The notes below the pieces were generated by a model. That model worked only from the letters and a program-made list of their open reading frames with translations. It ran no database searches and was not told the origin of the DNA. A program made the position numbers and the translations under genes. A stretch of DNA of 64,000 nucleotides from contig OZ244207.1 of assembly GCA_965216875.1 (NCBI GenBank), forward strand, positions 7,456,001 to 7,520,000, read 5' to 3'. Source of the stretch: Rubripirellula sp. (GTDB lineage Bacteria; Planctomycetota; Planctomycetia; Pirellulales; Pirellulaceae). Below, piece after piece: positions 1 through 9,280 of the stretch (its first letter is position 1; each line of letters starts with the position of its first letter).

Positions 1-764
1 GGATGGTCGGTTCGTGTGCGCTTGCCGTCTGGGTGAAACGCTCCACTGGTCGGTTGCATCGACTCATTCTGGATTGCGGTCGCCCCTCTGACGTGGCGAC
101 GGCGGAAGTGAAAGAGCTAAATGAACAACGTGAGTCGATCGAACACAATCCGCCACGCGTTTGGTTGATTGACGCAGTCGTCTCACCCATGCTTGTTGGC
201 ACGGGGCACCGCGCGAAGATTGTGTTTCCGGAGTCGCTGTGGAATCACCTGGATGATGAATCCCGACGGTTACTCTTAGCGCACGAACTTGAACATTGGT
301 ATCGCCGAGATTCGCTCGTACGGTATCTGGAAGCAATCGCTTGGATTGTGCTCTGGTGGCACCCGTTGGTATGGATCGCTCGTTCACGCATCGAAGAGTG
401 CGAAGAACGATGCTGTGACCTTGCGGCGTCGGGACGTTGTGAACAGTCACCACGTCGATACGCGGAAGCGATCCTTGTCACGCTCGACTTTTTGTCAGAG
501 CCGGCGACTTGGCAGACTCAGCTGTCCCGCCGTCCGATGGCAAGCACGATCGGTCGCGTTCCGCAAATCGAACAGCGTTTGCGTGAAATCATGTCGAACA
601 CAAGTCGCGGCCACATCGGGCGATCGAGCTGGATTGTGATTGTGTTGGTCCTATTCGCGTTGCCGCTGCACCCCGCGCTTGTGATGAGCCAAAAGGTGAC
701 GCAACCGGTTCAGTCCTCAGTTGTTATGGGCAGCGAGTCAAATATCGACGTCGATCAACGTTGA
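1..764 (+). CDS. M56 family (BlaR1-like) metallopeptidase, 5'-truncated by the window edge
   Basis: LAHELEHWYRRD zinc motif, WWHPLVW and EECEERCCD motifs typical of peptidase M56; the frame is open from the start of the window. Confidence 0.88.
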   Translation, partial: MVGSCALAVWVKRSTGRLHRLILDCGRPSDVATAEVKELNEQRESIEHNPPRVWLIDAVVSPMLVGTGHRAKIVFPESLWNHLDDESRRLLLAHELEHWYRRDSLVRYLEAIAWIVLWWHPLVWIARSRIEECEERCCDLAASGRCEQSPRRYAEAILVTLDFLSEPATWQTQLSRRPMASTIGRVPQIEQRLREIMSNTSRGHIGRSSWIVIVLVLFALPLHPALVMSQKVTQPVQSSVVMGSESNIDVDQR

Positions 765-788
765 GCTTCGGGCATGCAGTGTTGCGAC

Positions 789-2702
789 CTAAGTATTGAA
801 ATTTGATCGGAAGACTGCGAAGTCAAATAGATCGATGATCCCATCGCCATTGGAGTCGAACTCGGAGCGGTATCGGCTCTCTTGTTCTGTTGCTGCGTAG
901 GCCTGTCGAAACTGGGCAAAATCAAAGAGATCCACACGGCCAGACCCGTCCACGTCGCCGTACTTGCGAAAGAACTGATCGGCTTGGTCATCGCCAAAGA
1001 CAAAGTCTTGCCCAATGTCTCCATTGCCTGTTCCATCGAGCGCGACGCCATCTGATGAAACGGCGCTGGCATCGATGGAAAGTTCATATTGGCCATCGGC
1101 TAAAGAGCCGGTTGCGGTCACTGATGAGCCCGGCAGGAACGTAAGGGTGACGACGGTTTTCCCATCGATCTGTTCAATCTGGCTTTCTGTCGCCACCGTC
1201 TCGCCGGTGGTCTTGTTCATGATCGTAAATGGTGACCCATTGGATAGAACAAGCTGGACGATCTGGTTAAAAACGATGGTGATTTCGTCGACCGATGATC
1301 GTTGAACGTCGCCCTGGTTGATGATTACCTCGTCGACAACGGCTGGTTGCACGGAGGGTTTTTCGTAGGCACCGATATCGTGCGCTGTGCCTTGTGGACG
1401 TTGGTTTCCTTCACGGTCAATGTCGACCCCGACGATCGCAACGCCGCTGTCAATCAGCGATGAATGGTTGGCGAGTCGGTAGTCTCGATTTGCCGCATCG
1501 GCGAAATCCGCTGCAGTCGCCAGCACATTGCTTGGGTCGGAAGCCACCGATGGGATCGACCCAACGAATGCATTGTTGCGCAAGTCCCAGCTACCTGTGC
1601 CGCCGCTGCCGCCTGCAAATTGAAGCATCGTGTCGATGCCGTCTCCAAAGGTTGTGTTGTATACCTGCAGGTTGGCGAGGTCATCTTCGGCGCGAATCGC
1701 TTTGTCAACGTCATAGACCACGGCGTTGGCAATGGTCACGTCGGCATTACCCCGCGTCCCTCTCAATCGAAATGCGATTTCACTGTCATAGACCGTGATT
1801 CCATCAAAAACCGCTTCGATCTTTTCTTTCATGTTGAAGACGGCTTTGTTGTTGATGTATCCGTCCTGCACCCAGCCGTGGGCAACGACATCACGAATCG
1901 TGATTTTCATTCGTTCAACGGATTCCCAACCCGACTTGACCATTTTGGTGTCGACAGCGTTCTCGCCGGGGCGCTCGCCCGCGTTCCACTCGTTAAAGGC
2001 TTCGGCCAGCGGGCCCGTCCAAAAGTGACTCCCTTCGATCAGGATGTCCGTCGTGATGGTGGTGTTGCGATCCGGGTCGGCTTGAAAAGAGTCCCCCGAA
2101 ACGTGGTGGACTTCGGTGTTGCGAATGGTCAAGCCGCGCGTGTCGGTCGCAACGATCCCATGTGCATCCACTTGGTTGGTGAAAGAACCTGCCAAAAAGT
2201 GGTGAATCAACAGACCGTCGATCACCAATCCATCGGCATCATTGGCATCGATTCCGTCATTGGCACCATTGCGAACGATCATGTCTTTCAACATGACGCC
2301 TGGGGCACGAACGATGACGGCGTCGCCCGATTGTTTGTTGTGGTCGACGATGATATCGAAAAGGTGAGTATGGCTGCCGTTGATCCGCAGTCGATTTAGA
2401 ATCGGTGCGTCGCCTTGACCGTACGTCTGGACCAGGATCGGGTTGGCCGCATTGCCGCTAAAGTCTTGTTCCCAATACTCGTTCCAAGCCGAGCCGCGTT
2501 TGAGCAAAACAACATCACCGGGCAAGAGCGTCTGCTGCTCGAGTCGTGCGATGGAAGCCCACGCTTCGGTTTCGCTTGTTCCCGTACTGGTGTCGTCGCC
2601 ATCAACCTGGCTTACGTAATAGGTCGCAAGGAGTCGCCGCCCCTCGAGCGATTCAAGCTTCAACCGGCGGTGGCGACCGAAAGGTCTTTTCGATTGGTTC
2701 AT
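789..2702 (-). CDS. Secreted right-handed parallel beta-helix protein (pectin-lyase-like fold) with planctomycete N-terminal motif and C-terminal dockerin-like EF-hand pair
   Basis: N-terminal RRLKLESLEGRRLLA; ATYYVS...GDD...AW start of the beta-helix domain; choice-of-anchor-Q-like DYRL...IDSG...DIGAYE; C-terminal DVDGSGRVDLFDF / DSNGDGIIDLFDF repeats. Confidence 0.75.
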   Translation of the reverse strand: MNQSKRPFGRHRRLKLESLEGRRLLATYYVSQVDGDDTSTGTSETEAWASIARLEQQTLLPGDVVLLKRGSAWNEYWEQDFSGNAANPILVQTYGQGDAPILNRLRINGSHTHLFDIIVDHNKQSGDAVIVRAPGVMLKDMIVRNGANDGIDANDADGLVIDGLLIHHFLAGSFTNQVDAHGIVATDTRGLTIRNTEVHHVSGDSFQADPDRNTTITTDILIEGSHFWTGPLAEAFNEWNAGERPGENAVDTKMVKSGWESVERMKITIRDVVAHGWVQDGYINNKAVFNMKEKIEAVFDGITVYDSEIAFRLRGTRGNADVTIANAVVYDVDKAIRAEDDLANLQVYNTTFGDGIDTMLQFAGGSGGTGSWDLRNNAFVGSIPSVASDPSNVLATAADFADAANRDYRLANHSSLIDSGVAIVGVDIDREGNQRPQGTAHDIGAYEKPSVQPAVVDEVIINQGDVQRSSVDEITIVFNQIVQLVLSNGSPFTIMNKTTGETVATESQIEQIDGKTVVTLTFLPGSSVTATGSLADGQYELSIDASAVSSDGVALDGTGNGDIGQDFVFGDDQADQFFRKYGDVDGSGRVDLFDFAQFRQAYAATEQESRYRSEFDSNGDGIIDLFDFAVFRSNFNT

Positions 2703-2831
2703 CTAGGAATCCCGTGTTTTGGCTTGCAATCACTCTATCCCAAACGCCCGATGGGCGTGGTTTTGGGGTTAGAGTTTGGTTTTCCTGGGATGGTTCCACC
2801 GCAGAAAACCAGATTGCGGGGATTCGCCGCA

Positions 2832-4616
2832 CTACGGTCTCAATTGGCCGATCGCAAAGAGAAGTTCAAGCTGAGCGCGGTTGTAGTTGCTGACCGCGGC
2901 GGTTCGGTCCGCGAGGCTGCCAGCCCGCGCGACAATTGCCTGCAATAGCTCGATCGGCAGTCCTTCGTCGGCCCGGATGCGTTTTAGGTTTCGCTGATAG
3001 CTTGCTTCGGCTTTTGCCAACGCGTCTTCGGCAGTCGCGATTTGGCTTCGGTAGTTTTGGACGTTTTCATACGCCTGGACAACTTCGGCGGTGATGGCGT
3101 CCTTCAGGTCAGCCATCTCGATGCGCTGCTGCTGTAACTGGCTGCCTGCTCGGGTGCGGTTTGCGGCAACACCCAGCCCCATGCTGTCGAGTTGCCAAAT
3201 CGCTTGAAGATCGACGTCACTACGGCTGGCTTGGTTGTCGAGATTTGATCCTTGGCCGCCTCCAAAACTGCCGCCGCTCGCAGCCATGGTCACTGACGGG
3301 ATCCAAGGTTCGACCTGCGCTTTTTTGACGGCAAGGCAAAGGCCTGCGATTCGATGCGACAACTCTATGATCTCTGGACGCCGGCAAAGTGCCGTCGAGA
3401 TGTAGGTGTTGACGTCCCCTTCAAGCCGGTCCAGTTCGATGGGGACAATCACTTGGTCGGCTGGATGCAAAGAGAATCGCGGGTCGAGTCGCAGACGCCG
3501 CGACAAGCCTGCCGACCGCACGCGAAGGCTACGTTTCGCATCTTGCAATCGTTGAGATAGCCGGGCCTTTTCTGTTGCGGCGCGATCGACGTCCGCTTGC
3601 GCACCGGCGCCCGCCTTGGCGAAGGTTTCGGTCAGGTGCAAGAGTTCGGTTGCTGCATCGATGGCGGCTTGGGCGTCGGCAACCTGTCCAGCGGCTTCGA
3701 CCAAATCGACATAGGCAACGCCCGCGTCACGCAGCGCTTCTGCCTTTGCGGCAAACACGCCTGCGTTTTCGGCGGACAGATTGCGCGATGCGATCTTCGG
3801 TTCAAAGAAGGCGTCCGCCAACGCCAAGTCGGCGAACAATCGAAACGGGCCTCCGCTACCGCCGGCGACCGGCGCACCAAAGGTCGCACCACCTCCGACG
3901 AAGAGCGAGTTTCGCGATGCTTCGATGACGTTTCCGTCCGAGGCTTGGACGCGACCATCATGTTTGTTCCAGCCAACGCCAAGTTGCAAGGTGGGAAGCC
4001 AGAGGGCACGAGCCTGAAGCAAGTCCGCGTGCGCCTCGACCGTTCGTTGTCGTGCGAGCTGAATCGTCCACGCATTGGCGCCGGCCATGCCAAGGGCACT
4101 TCCCAAGTCAATCGTTTGTTCCGTCATCGCAATGGATGAGGACTCGATTGGTTGCGGTAAAGGGACATCACGCAACTGGGTATCACGTAATTGGGCATCA
4201 CGGGCGATCTGCTGAGGATTCGCCAAAGCCATCGGGTCCGTGTCGACGGTCGCCGGTGCGATGGTGTTAGCGTTGAGCTCGATTGGCGGTGTCAGATCGT
4301 TCGTGTCTTTGGCAAGCAAGTCGCGTCCATTAATGATGTCGCTTGCCGAGGCGATCGTCAGTTCGGGGCGTGCAGCGGTGCGGTGGGAAACGGTGTGGAC
4401 CCTTGGCTTCTGGACATTCAGGTTGACCACTCGTTCCTCCGCTTCCACGCTCGCCGAGGACCATGGATTCAATTGGCGAAGCCCACGGATCGGATTTCCG
4501 ACCTGGCATCCCGCGATGGGGACGAGCAATAACGCGGCGATGATTTGGCGACGACTCCGGCTGTGCGTGGAGCCTCGTTTCGCTTTGAGTCGTGTCATCT
4601 GCATGCTTCCCTGCAT
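2832..4616 (-). CDS. TolC family outer membrane efflux lipoprotein
   Basis: Lipobox-like LLLVPIAGC, two helical OEP-like repeats, C-terminal YNRAQLELLFAIG; lies downstream of the MFP and RND genes. Confidence 0.85.
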   Translation of the reverse strand: MQGSMQMTRLKAKRGSTHSRSRRQIIAALLLVPIAGCQVGNPIRGLRQLNPWSSASVEAEERVVNLNVQKPRVHTVSHRTAARPELTIASASDIINGRDLLAKDTNDLTPPIELNANTIAPATVDTDPMALANPQQIARDAQLRDTQLRDVPLPQPIESSSIAMTEQTIDLGSALGMAGANAWTIQLARQRTVEAHADLLQARALWLPTLQLGVGWNKHDGRVQASDGNVIEASRNSLFVGGGATFGAPVAGGSGGPFRLFADLALADAFFEPKIASRNLSAENAGVFAAKAEALRDAGVAYVDLVEAAGQVADAQAAIDAATELLHLTETFAKAGAGAQADVDRAATEKARLSQRLQDAKRSLRVRSAGLSRRLRLDPRFSLHPADQVIVPIELDRLEGDVNTYISTALCRRPEIIELSHRIAGLCLAVKKAQVEPWIPSVTMAASGGSFGGGQGSNLDNQASRSDVDLQAIWQLDSMGLGVAANRTRAGSQLQQQRIEMADLKDAITAEVVQAYENVQNYRSQIATAEDALAKAEASYQRNLKRIRADEGLPIELLQAIVARAGSLADRTAAVSNYNRAQLELLFAIGQLRP

Positions 4617-4687
4617 GAGCGTTCATGTTGAGGTGCGTGTGGCGTCAAGCGTCGATCCATCAAACGCATTGACTTGCTTGGTCGCGA

Positions 4688-5707
4688 CTATCTGCTGGTG
4701 TTGGTCTTGATCGTTGCCGACCCGTACTGCCCACTCAGCAGCGGGTAGCGTTTTGTCGATTCGTCGTATTTGTTTTGGATGTCCACTTCGACTCGCATCG
4801 TTCGCGTTTTCAAGCTGAGCGATTGGCCGATTCGGCTAACCCTTAGGGCACCACCGTCGGGGGCGGCCGCTTTGTCCGCGTTGGCGAACTGTGAAAGGGT
4901 AACGGCGTCGCCAAGATTGACTTGCGATGCTTCGGCTGCGGGTACGGTGACGACACCGCGCAAAGTGTCCACCTTTTCAATCACTAGCAGAGGCGAGCCT
5001 GTTCCCGCGTTCTGACTGACCAACCGACCTGGATCGACACTCCTGGAGGTAATCAGTCCAGCGAAGGGAGCTCGGATTTGCCGCAGTTGATCTTGGGCAA
5101 CCGCGTGAGCCAACTGTGCTTTGGCAACCTCGATTCCGGAGCTTGCAAATTCAACTTCGTTCTTCGCTGCTGCGACGGCAGCTTCGGCCGCAGAGACGTC
5201 TGCCTCGATTTTGGTCACTGCCGCCTCGACAGCTAGAAGAGCGTATTGGGCCTCATCAAGTTTTTCTTTCTGCACCGCGCCGCCCTGGACCAACAAGGCG
5301 TAGCGATCTCGTTCACTCGTGCGTAGCTGTTTCAGCGCGGCTTGTTCATCGCGAGCTGCACCCGCTTGACGCAGTTTTGCCTGAGCGACCAGCACAGCAC
5401 CTTTGGCAACGGACAGGTTTGCTTCTGCTTGTCGCACCATTTGCTCGCGCCGTCGTACTTCCGCTTCAAGTTCGGGGGCATCGAGGGTGACGAGCGTCTG
5501 CCCCATTTCAACGCGATCGCCAATGTCGACATGCACTTCGCGTACATAGCCTTCGATGCGCGCGTGCAGCTCTGTTTTTTGGTCTGCCATCAGCGTCATG
5601 GGCAATCGAATCTCGCTTCGCTGAGCCAACACGGTGGCATGGCAGCACAGCGATACAATGATCGCCAGGCATACGGTATTCGGGTTGAATCTTGAGCACG
5701 TGGGCAT
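4688..5707 (-). CDS. RND efflux periplasmic adaptor (membrane fusion protein)
   Basis: Split biotinyl-lipoyl motifs ARIEGYVREVHVDIGDRV and IRAPFAGLI around a long coiled coil; starts 2 bp after the RND stop. Confidence 0.9.
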   Translation of the reverse strand: MPTCSRFNPNTVCLAIIVSLCCHATVLAQRSEIRLPMTLMADQKTELHARIEGYVREVHVDIGDRVEMGQTLVTLDAPELEAEVRRREQMVRQAEANLSVAKGAVLVAQAKLRQAGAARDEQAALKQLRTSERDRYALLVQGGAVQKEKLDEAQYALLAVEAAVTKIEADVSAAEAAVAAAKNEVEFASSGIEVAKAQLAHAVAQDQLRQIRAPFAGLITSRSVDPGRLVSQNAGTGSPLLVIEKVDTLRGVVTVPAAEASQVNLGDAVTLSQFANADKAAAPDGGALRVSRIGQSLSLKTRTMRVEVDIQNKYDESTKRYPLLSGQYGSATIKTNTSR

Positions 5708-5709
5708 CG

Positions 5710-8700
5710 CTAAACCACCGGTGAAGGCTGGGCATCAGGGTTCGACAATTCTGCAGTAGGATCCGAATCAGACGATTCAGGCTTCCGCTTCATCATCACG
5801 TACAAGCAGGGCACAACGACCAACGACAAAACGGTGGCGCCAATCACACCACCAATGATCGCACGGGCGAGCGGCGCATTCGTGCTGCTTCCCCCAAAGC
5901 CAATCGCCATCGGCAAAAGGGCAAGCCAGGTTGTCAGCGACGTCATCAAAATGGGACGCATGCGTACGACCGCGGCATCAATCACCGCCTCGGTCACCGA
6001 AAGCCCTTCGCTCAGTCGGCGATTGGCAAAGTCGACCAACACAATCGAGTACTCGACGACGATGCCAACCATCATGACGATCCCCATTAGTGCCGGCACG
6101 GACAAATGGGTTCGTGTGATGAATAGCAACGCCATCACACCGATGTAGCCAAGCGGAACGGTCAACAAGACGATCAACGGATCGGTAAACGATCGAAATT
6201 GGACAACCATCACCAAGTAGACCAAGACCGCTGCGATCACCAAGCCGACGGTAAGCTGCGAGAACGAGTCACGCATCAATCGAACTTCGCCCATCATGCG
6301 ATAGCTCATGCCGTTGTATTTCTCGGCGCCCAGCATCGAAATGGGCCCGCGATCATCGCTCGTGACGGTCACGGCAAGGCGGTCATCTCCTTCTAGTCGA
6401 GATTCGATTTCGGAAACGACGCTGCCAACATCGTACCCAGGCAACACGCCGGCATAGACGTCGGTCACACGTGAAATGTTTCGATGATGCACCACCGCAG
6501 GGCCGGTTGTGCGACGGATTTTGGCGACACTTCCAAGTCGTCTTGCCGTGGTCGCGTCTTCACCGCCCATGATGGAGATGTCACGAATGGTCTGTTCACT
6601 GTTGAGGTCCTCTTCGCGATATTGGACCCCAAAGAAATAGTGATTGCCTTTGTTCTTATCGATCCAGAACGTCGGCTCGAAGTTGATCGAGCTGTTGGTG
6701 GCGGCGACGAGGTTGGTCATGACATCTTTCGGCGTCACTTGCATGCGCGCCGCCAGTTCGCGATCCATTTCCACCTCCAAGGCTGGATAGTCGATCCGCT
6801 GTGCCACTCGCACGTCGGTGGCACCGGGAACTTCGGCAGCCGTGTCGCGAATGATACCGGCGATCTCTTGAGCGATTTCAAGATCGCTGCATTGGACTTG
6901 GAAATGAATCGGTGCTGGCTCGCCCATGTTGAGGGCTGCGGTCAACATGCCGCCGGTGTCGTACGCGATCTCGACGTCACGGAATTTCTCGGCAAGACGC
7001 TGACGAAGCTCGACAACGTAGTCGTTGGCGGCCTTGGTCGAAGTCTTGTCCTTGAGTTGAAGCAACATGAACGCATCCATCGGTCCGTTGTTGGGCGTGT
7101 AGGCTGCGGGCCAATCCATCAACACACCGATGTTTGAGATCAACAACTGCAATGATGAATCGGGGTGTTGCTCGGCTGATGGATCGATCGCGAACCCAGG
7201 ATCGGGCTCGCCAATCAGATCGATGATTTCGGATTCAATTTCAGCCAACACTTTTTCGGTGGTCTCGATACGCGTGCCCGACGGCAGTCGCACGTACATG
7301 GTCACCTGGCCACTGTCGACACTCGGGAATAACTCCTGGCCATGTCGCATGGTCATGATGACCGCAAACGCAAACGCAGCCACCGCGCCTCCAACCACCA
7401 TCCAACGCGCGCTGAGGACTCGCCGTAGGATTCCCCCAAACCAAGCCCCTGCAGCATCGACGCTGTTGTCTTCTTTCTTGCTCGCCGACGCTGGCAACAA
7501 ATAAGCGCAATAGGCGGGGACGAGCGTGATCGAAAGCAAGAACGACGCAAAGATGGCAACGACCGCTGCTGTTGCGAGCGGCGCGAACAAGAAACGTGTT
7601 AGCCCAGATAGAAAGATCACTGGCAAGAACACGACCGCAAAGGTCAGTGTCGAAACGGCGATTGGGCCCAGCACTTCACTGGTTCCGTCGGCTGCCGCAT
7701 TCATTGGCGTTTTGCCCATGCGCACGTGCCGCACGATGTTCTCAAGCACGACAATCGACTGGTCGACAAGGATCCCGATCGCCAACGCCAGTCCGCCAAG
7801 CGTCATTGCATTGATCGAATCACCGGTAAAGAACATCACCAGGAAAGAGGCGATGATCGCCAGTGGGATGGCGACCAGGACGACAAGTGTTAGGCGAATG
7901 CTTCTCAAGAAAACCAGGACCACCAGTCCCGCCAAGATCGCACCGAGTGTCCCGGCGATCTCCAAGCTTTGAATCGAAGCTCGCACACCGACCGATTGGT
8001 CCATTGCAACACTCAGGACGAGCGATTTCATCTTGGGGTCTTCGCGCCGCTCGTTCTTGAGCCGCACCAGAATCGTAGAGAGTTGCGTGTTGATGCGGTC
8101 AACGATCTCGATCGTGTTTGCACCCGGTTGGCGATAGATAGGAATGTAAACTTGCCGTGCGCCGTTGATGCGGACGATGTTTGATTGGATCTGTGATGCA
8201 TTCTTGACTTCACCGACGTCTCGCATCAGCACGGGGACACCATCGACGACTTTGATCGGTGTGTCGTTCAGCTCATCGATCTTTTCAGGAATTGCATTGG
8301 TGAAGATCTGCAGATCTTGCTCGCCAATCTTGATGCTGCCAGCAGGAATCAAGACGTTCTGCTTGCGAAGGGCGGCTTGAACCTCCATCAAGCTCAAACC
8401 GTACGCTTCCAGTTTTTCCGCATCGACATAAGCGAGGATCCGACGCAACTTTCCGCCGTAGACCGCTGGTGCAATGACGCCGCGTATCGACTGCAATTTG
8501 TTTCGCAATTCGTAGTAGGCAATGTCGTACAACTCCTGCTCGTTCATGTCAGGGTTGCTGACGACCACCAAGCAAAGTGGCACACTTGCCGTTGGGTCAA
8601 ACGGCATGACCATTGGCGGGATCGTGCCGGGTGGCAAATAGAACATGTCGCTCATCGCGTACGATGAGACCTGCGCCATCGCCTCGGCCATCGTGTTGTC

Positions 8701-8985
8701 TTCGGTAAAGAAGTCCTTCACAACGCAGACGCCCTGCATCGCTTTGGCTTCTTGGTGTTCGATCCCAACCGATTGAGCCGTCCAACGTTGCAGCCGGCTC
8801 ATGATGTCCTTTTCCATCACCTCGGGAGGCATGCCAGGATAGAAGCAGACGATTTGGACGGCAGGTGTTTCGAATTGTGGTAGCAGGTCGGCGGGGATGC
8901 GGGTGTAGGAATAGCCACCAAGCACGACCGTCATGAGGGCGGCAACGATGATCAGGTGCGGTTTCCGTAAGATGGAACGCATCAT
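5710..8985 (-). CDS. RND efflux permease (AcrB/CusA superfamily)
   Basis: About 1090 aa with 12-TM pattern, GILVDQSIVVLENI and RMRPILMTSL motifs; start moved to ATG 8985 (MMRSILRKPH); the ORF track starts at 9069. Confidence 0.93.
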   Translation of the reverse strand: MMRSILRKPHLIIVAALMTVVLGGYSYTRIPADLLPQFETPAVQIVCFYPGMPPEVMEKDIMSRLQRWTAQSVGIEHQEAKAMQGVCVVKDFFTEDNTMAEAMAQVSSYAMSDMFYLPPGTIPPMVMPFDPTASVPLCLVVVSNPDMNEQELYDIAYYELRNKLQSIRGVIAPAVYGGKLRRILAYVDAEKLEAYGLSLMEVQAALRKQNVLIPAGSIKIGEQDLQIFTNAIPEKIDELNDTPIKVVDGVPVLMRDVGEVKNASQIQSNIVRINGARQVYIPIYRQPGANTIEIVDRINTQLSTILVRLKNERREDPKMKSLVLSVAMDQSVGVRASIQSLEIAGTLGAILAGLVVLVFLRSIRLTLVVLVAIPLAIIASFLVMFFTGDSINAMTLGGLALAIGILVDQSIVVLENIVRHVRMGKTPMNAAADGTSEVLGPIAVSTLTFAVVFLPVIFLSGLTRFLFAPLATAAVVAIFASFLLSITLVPAYCAYLLPASASKKEDNSVDAAGAWFGGILRRVLSARWMVVGGAVAAFAFAVIMTMRHGQELFPSVDSGQVTMYVRLPSGTRIETTEKVLAEIESEIIDLIGEPDPGFAIDPSAEQHPDSSLQLLISNIGVLMDWPAAYTPNNGPMDAFMLLQLKDKTSTKAANDYVVELRQRLAEKFRDVEIAYDTGGMLTAALNMGEPAPIHFQVQCSDLEIAQEIAGIIRDTAAEVPGATDVRVAQRIDYPALEVEMDRELAARMQVTPKDVMTNLVAATNSSINFEPTFWIDKNKGNHYFFGVQYREEDLNSEQTIRDISIMGGEDATTARRLGSVAKIRRTTGPAVVHHRNISRVTDVYAGVLPGYDVGSVVSEIESRLEGDDRLAVTVTSDDRGPISMLGAEKYNGMSYRMMGEVRLMRDSFSQLTVGLVIAAVLVYLVMVVQFRSFTDPLIVLLTVPLGYIGVMALLFITRTHLSVPALMGIVMMVGIVVEYSIVLVDFANRRLSEGLSVTEAVIDAAVVRMRPILMTSLTTWLALLPMAIGFGGSSTNAPLARAIIGGVIGATVLSLVVVPCLYVMMKRKPESSDSDPTAELSNPDAQPSPVV

Positions 8986-9280
8986 GTGGCTCGTAAAGAG
9001 GTTCTGTGGGCGCGTAGTCCGACCCCGCGAGTCGTCTCGACCTTCTCTGTAGGGATCGAATCGACACAACCGTTACGGCCAGTCTTTTCCGACCAATCGG
9101 ACTGGTCGAGGTACGTGAAAGACGGCGATTCTAACCGATTGAGATAAGCTGTATCGGTTATGCCGGTATTGCGATCACAAGGCGCGACGAGGATGTTTGC
9201 GCGCTCGGATGCCACAGCTCGGTGAGAGCTTGAGCCGCTTGAGAGGTGAATGAGCGAACGCCAAGAAGATCTTTCCTGGC

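Noticed and set aside
1464..2399. 311-aa plus-strand ORF, and similar long antisense ORFs such as 61437-62411, 47736-48827 and 45357-46256
   Set aside because: All overlap well-supported genes on the opposite strand and show no family motifs.
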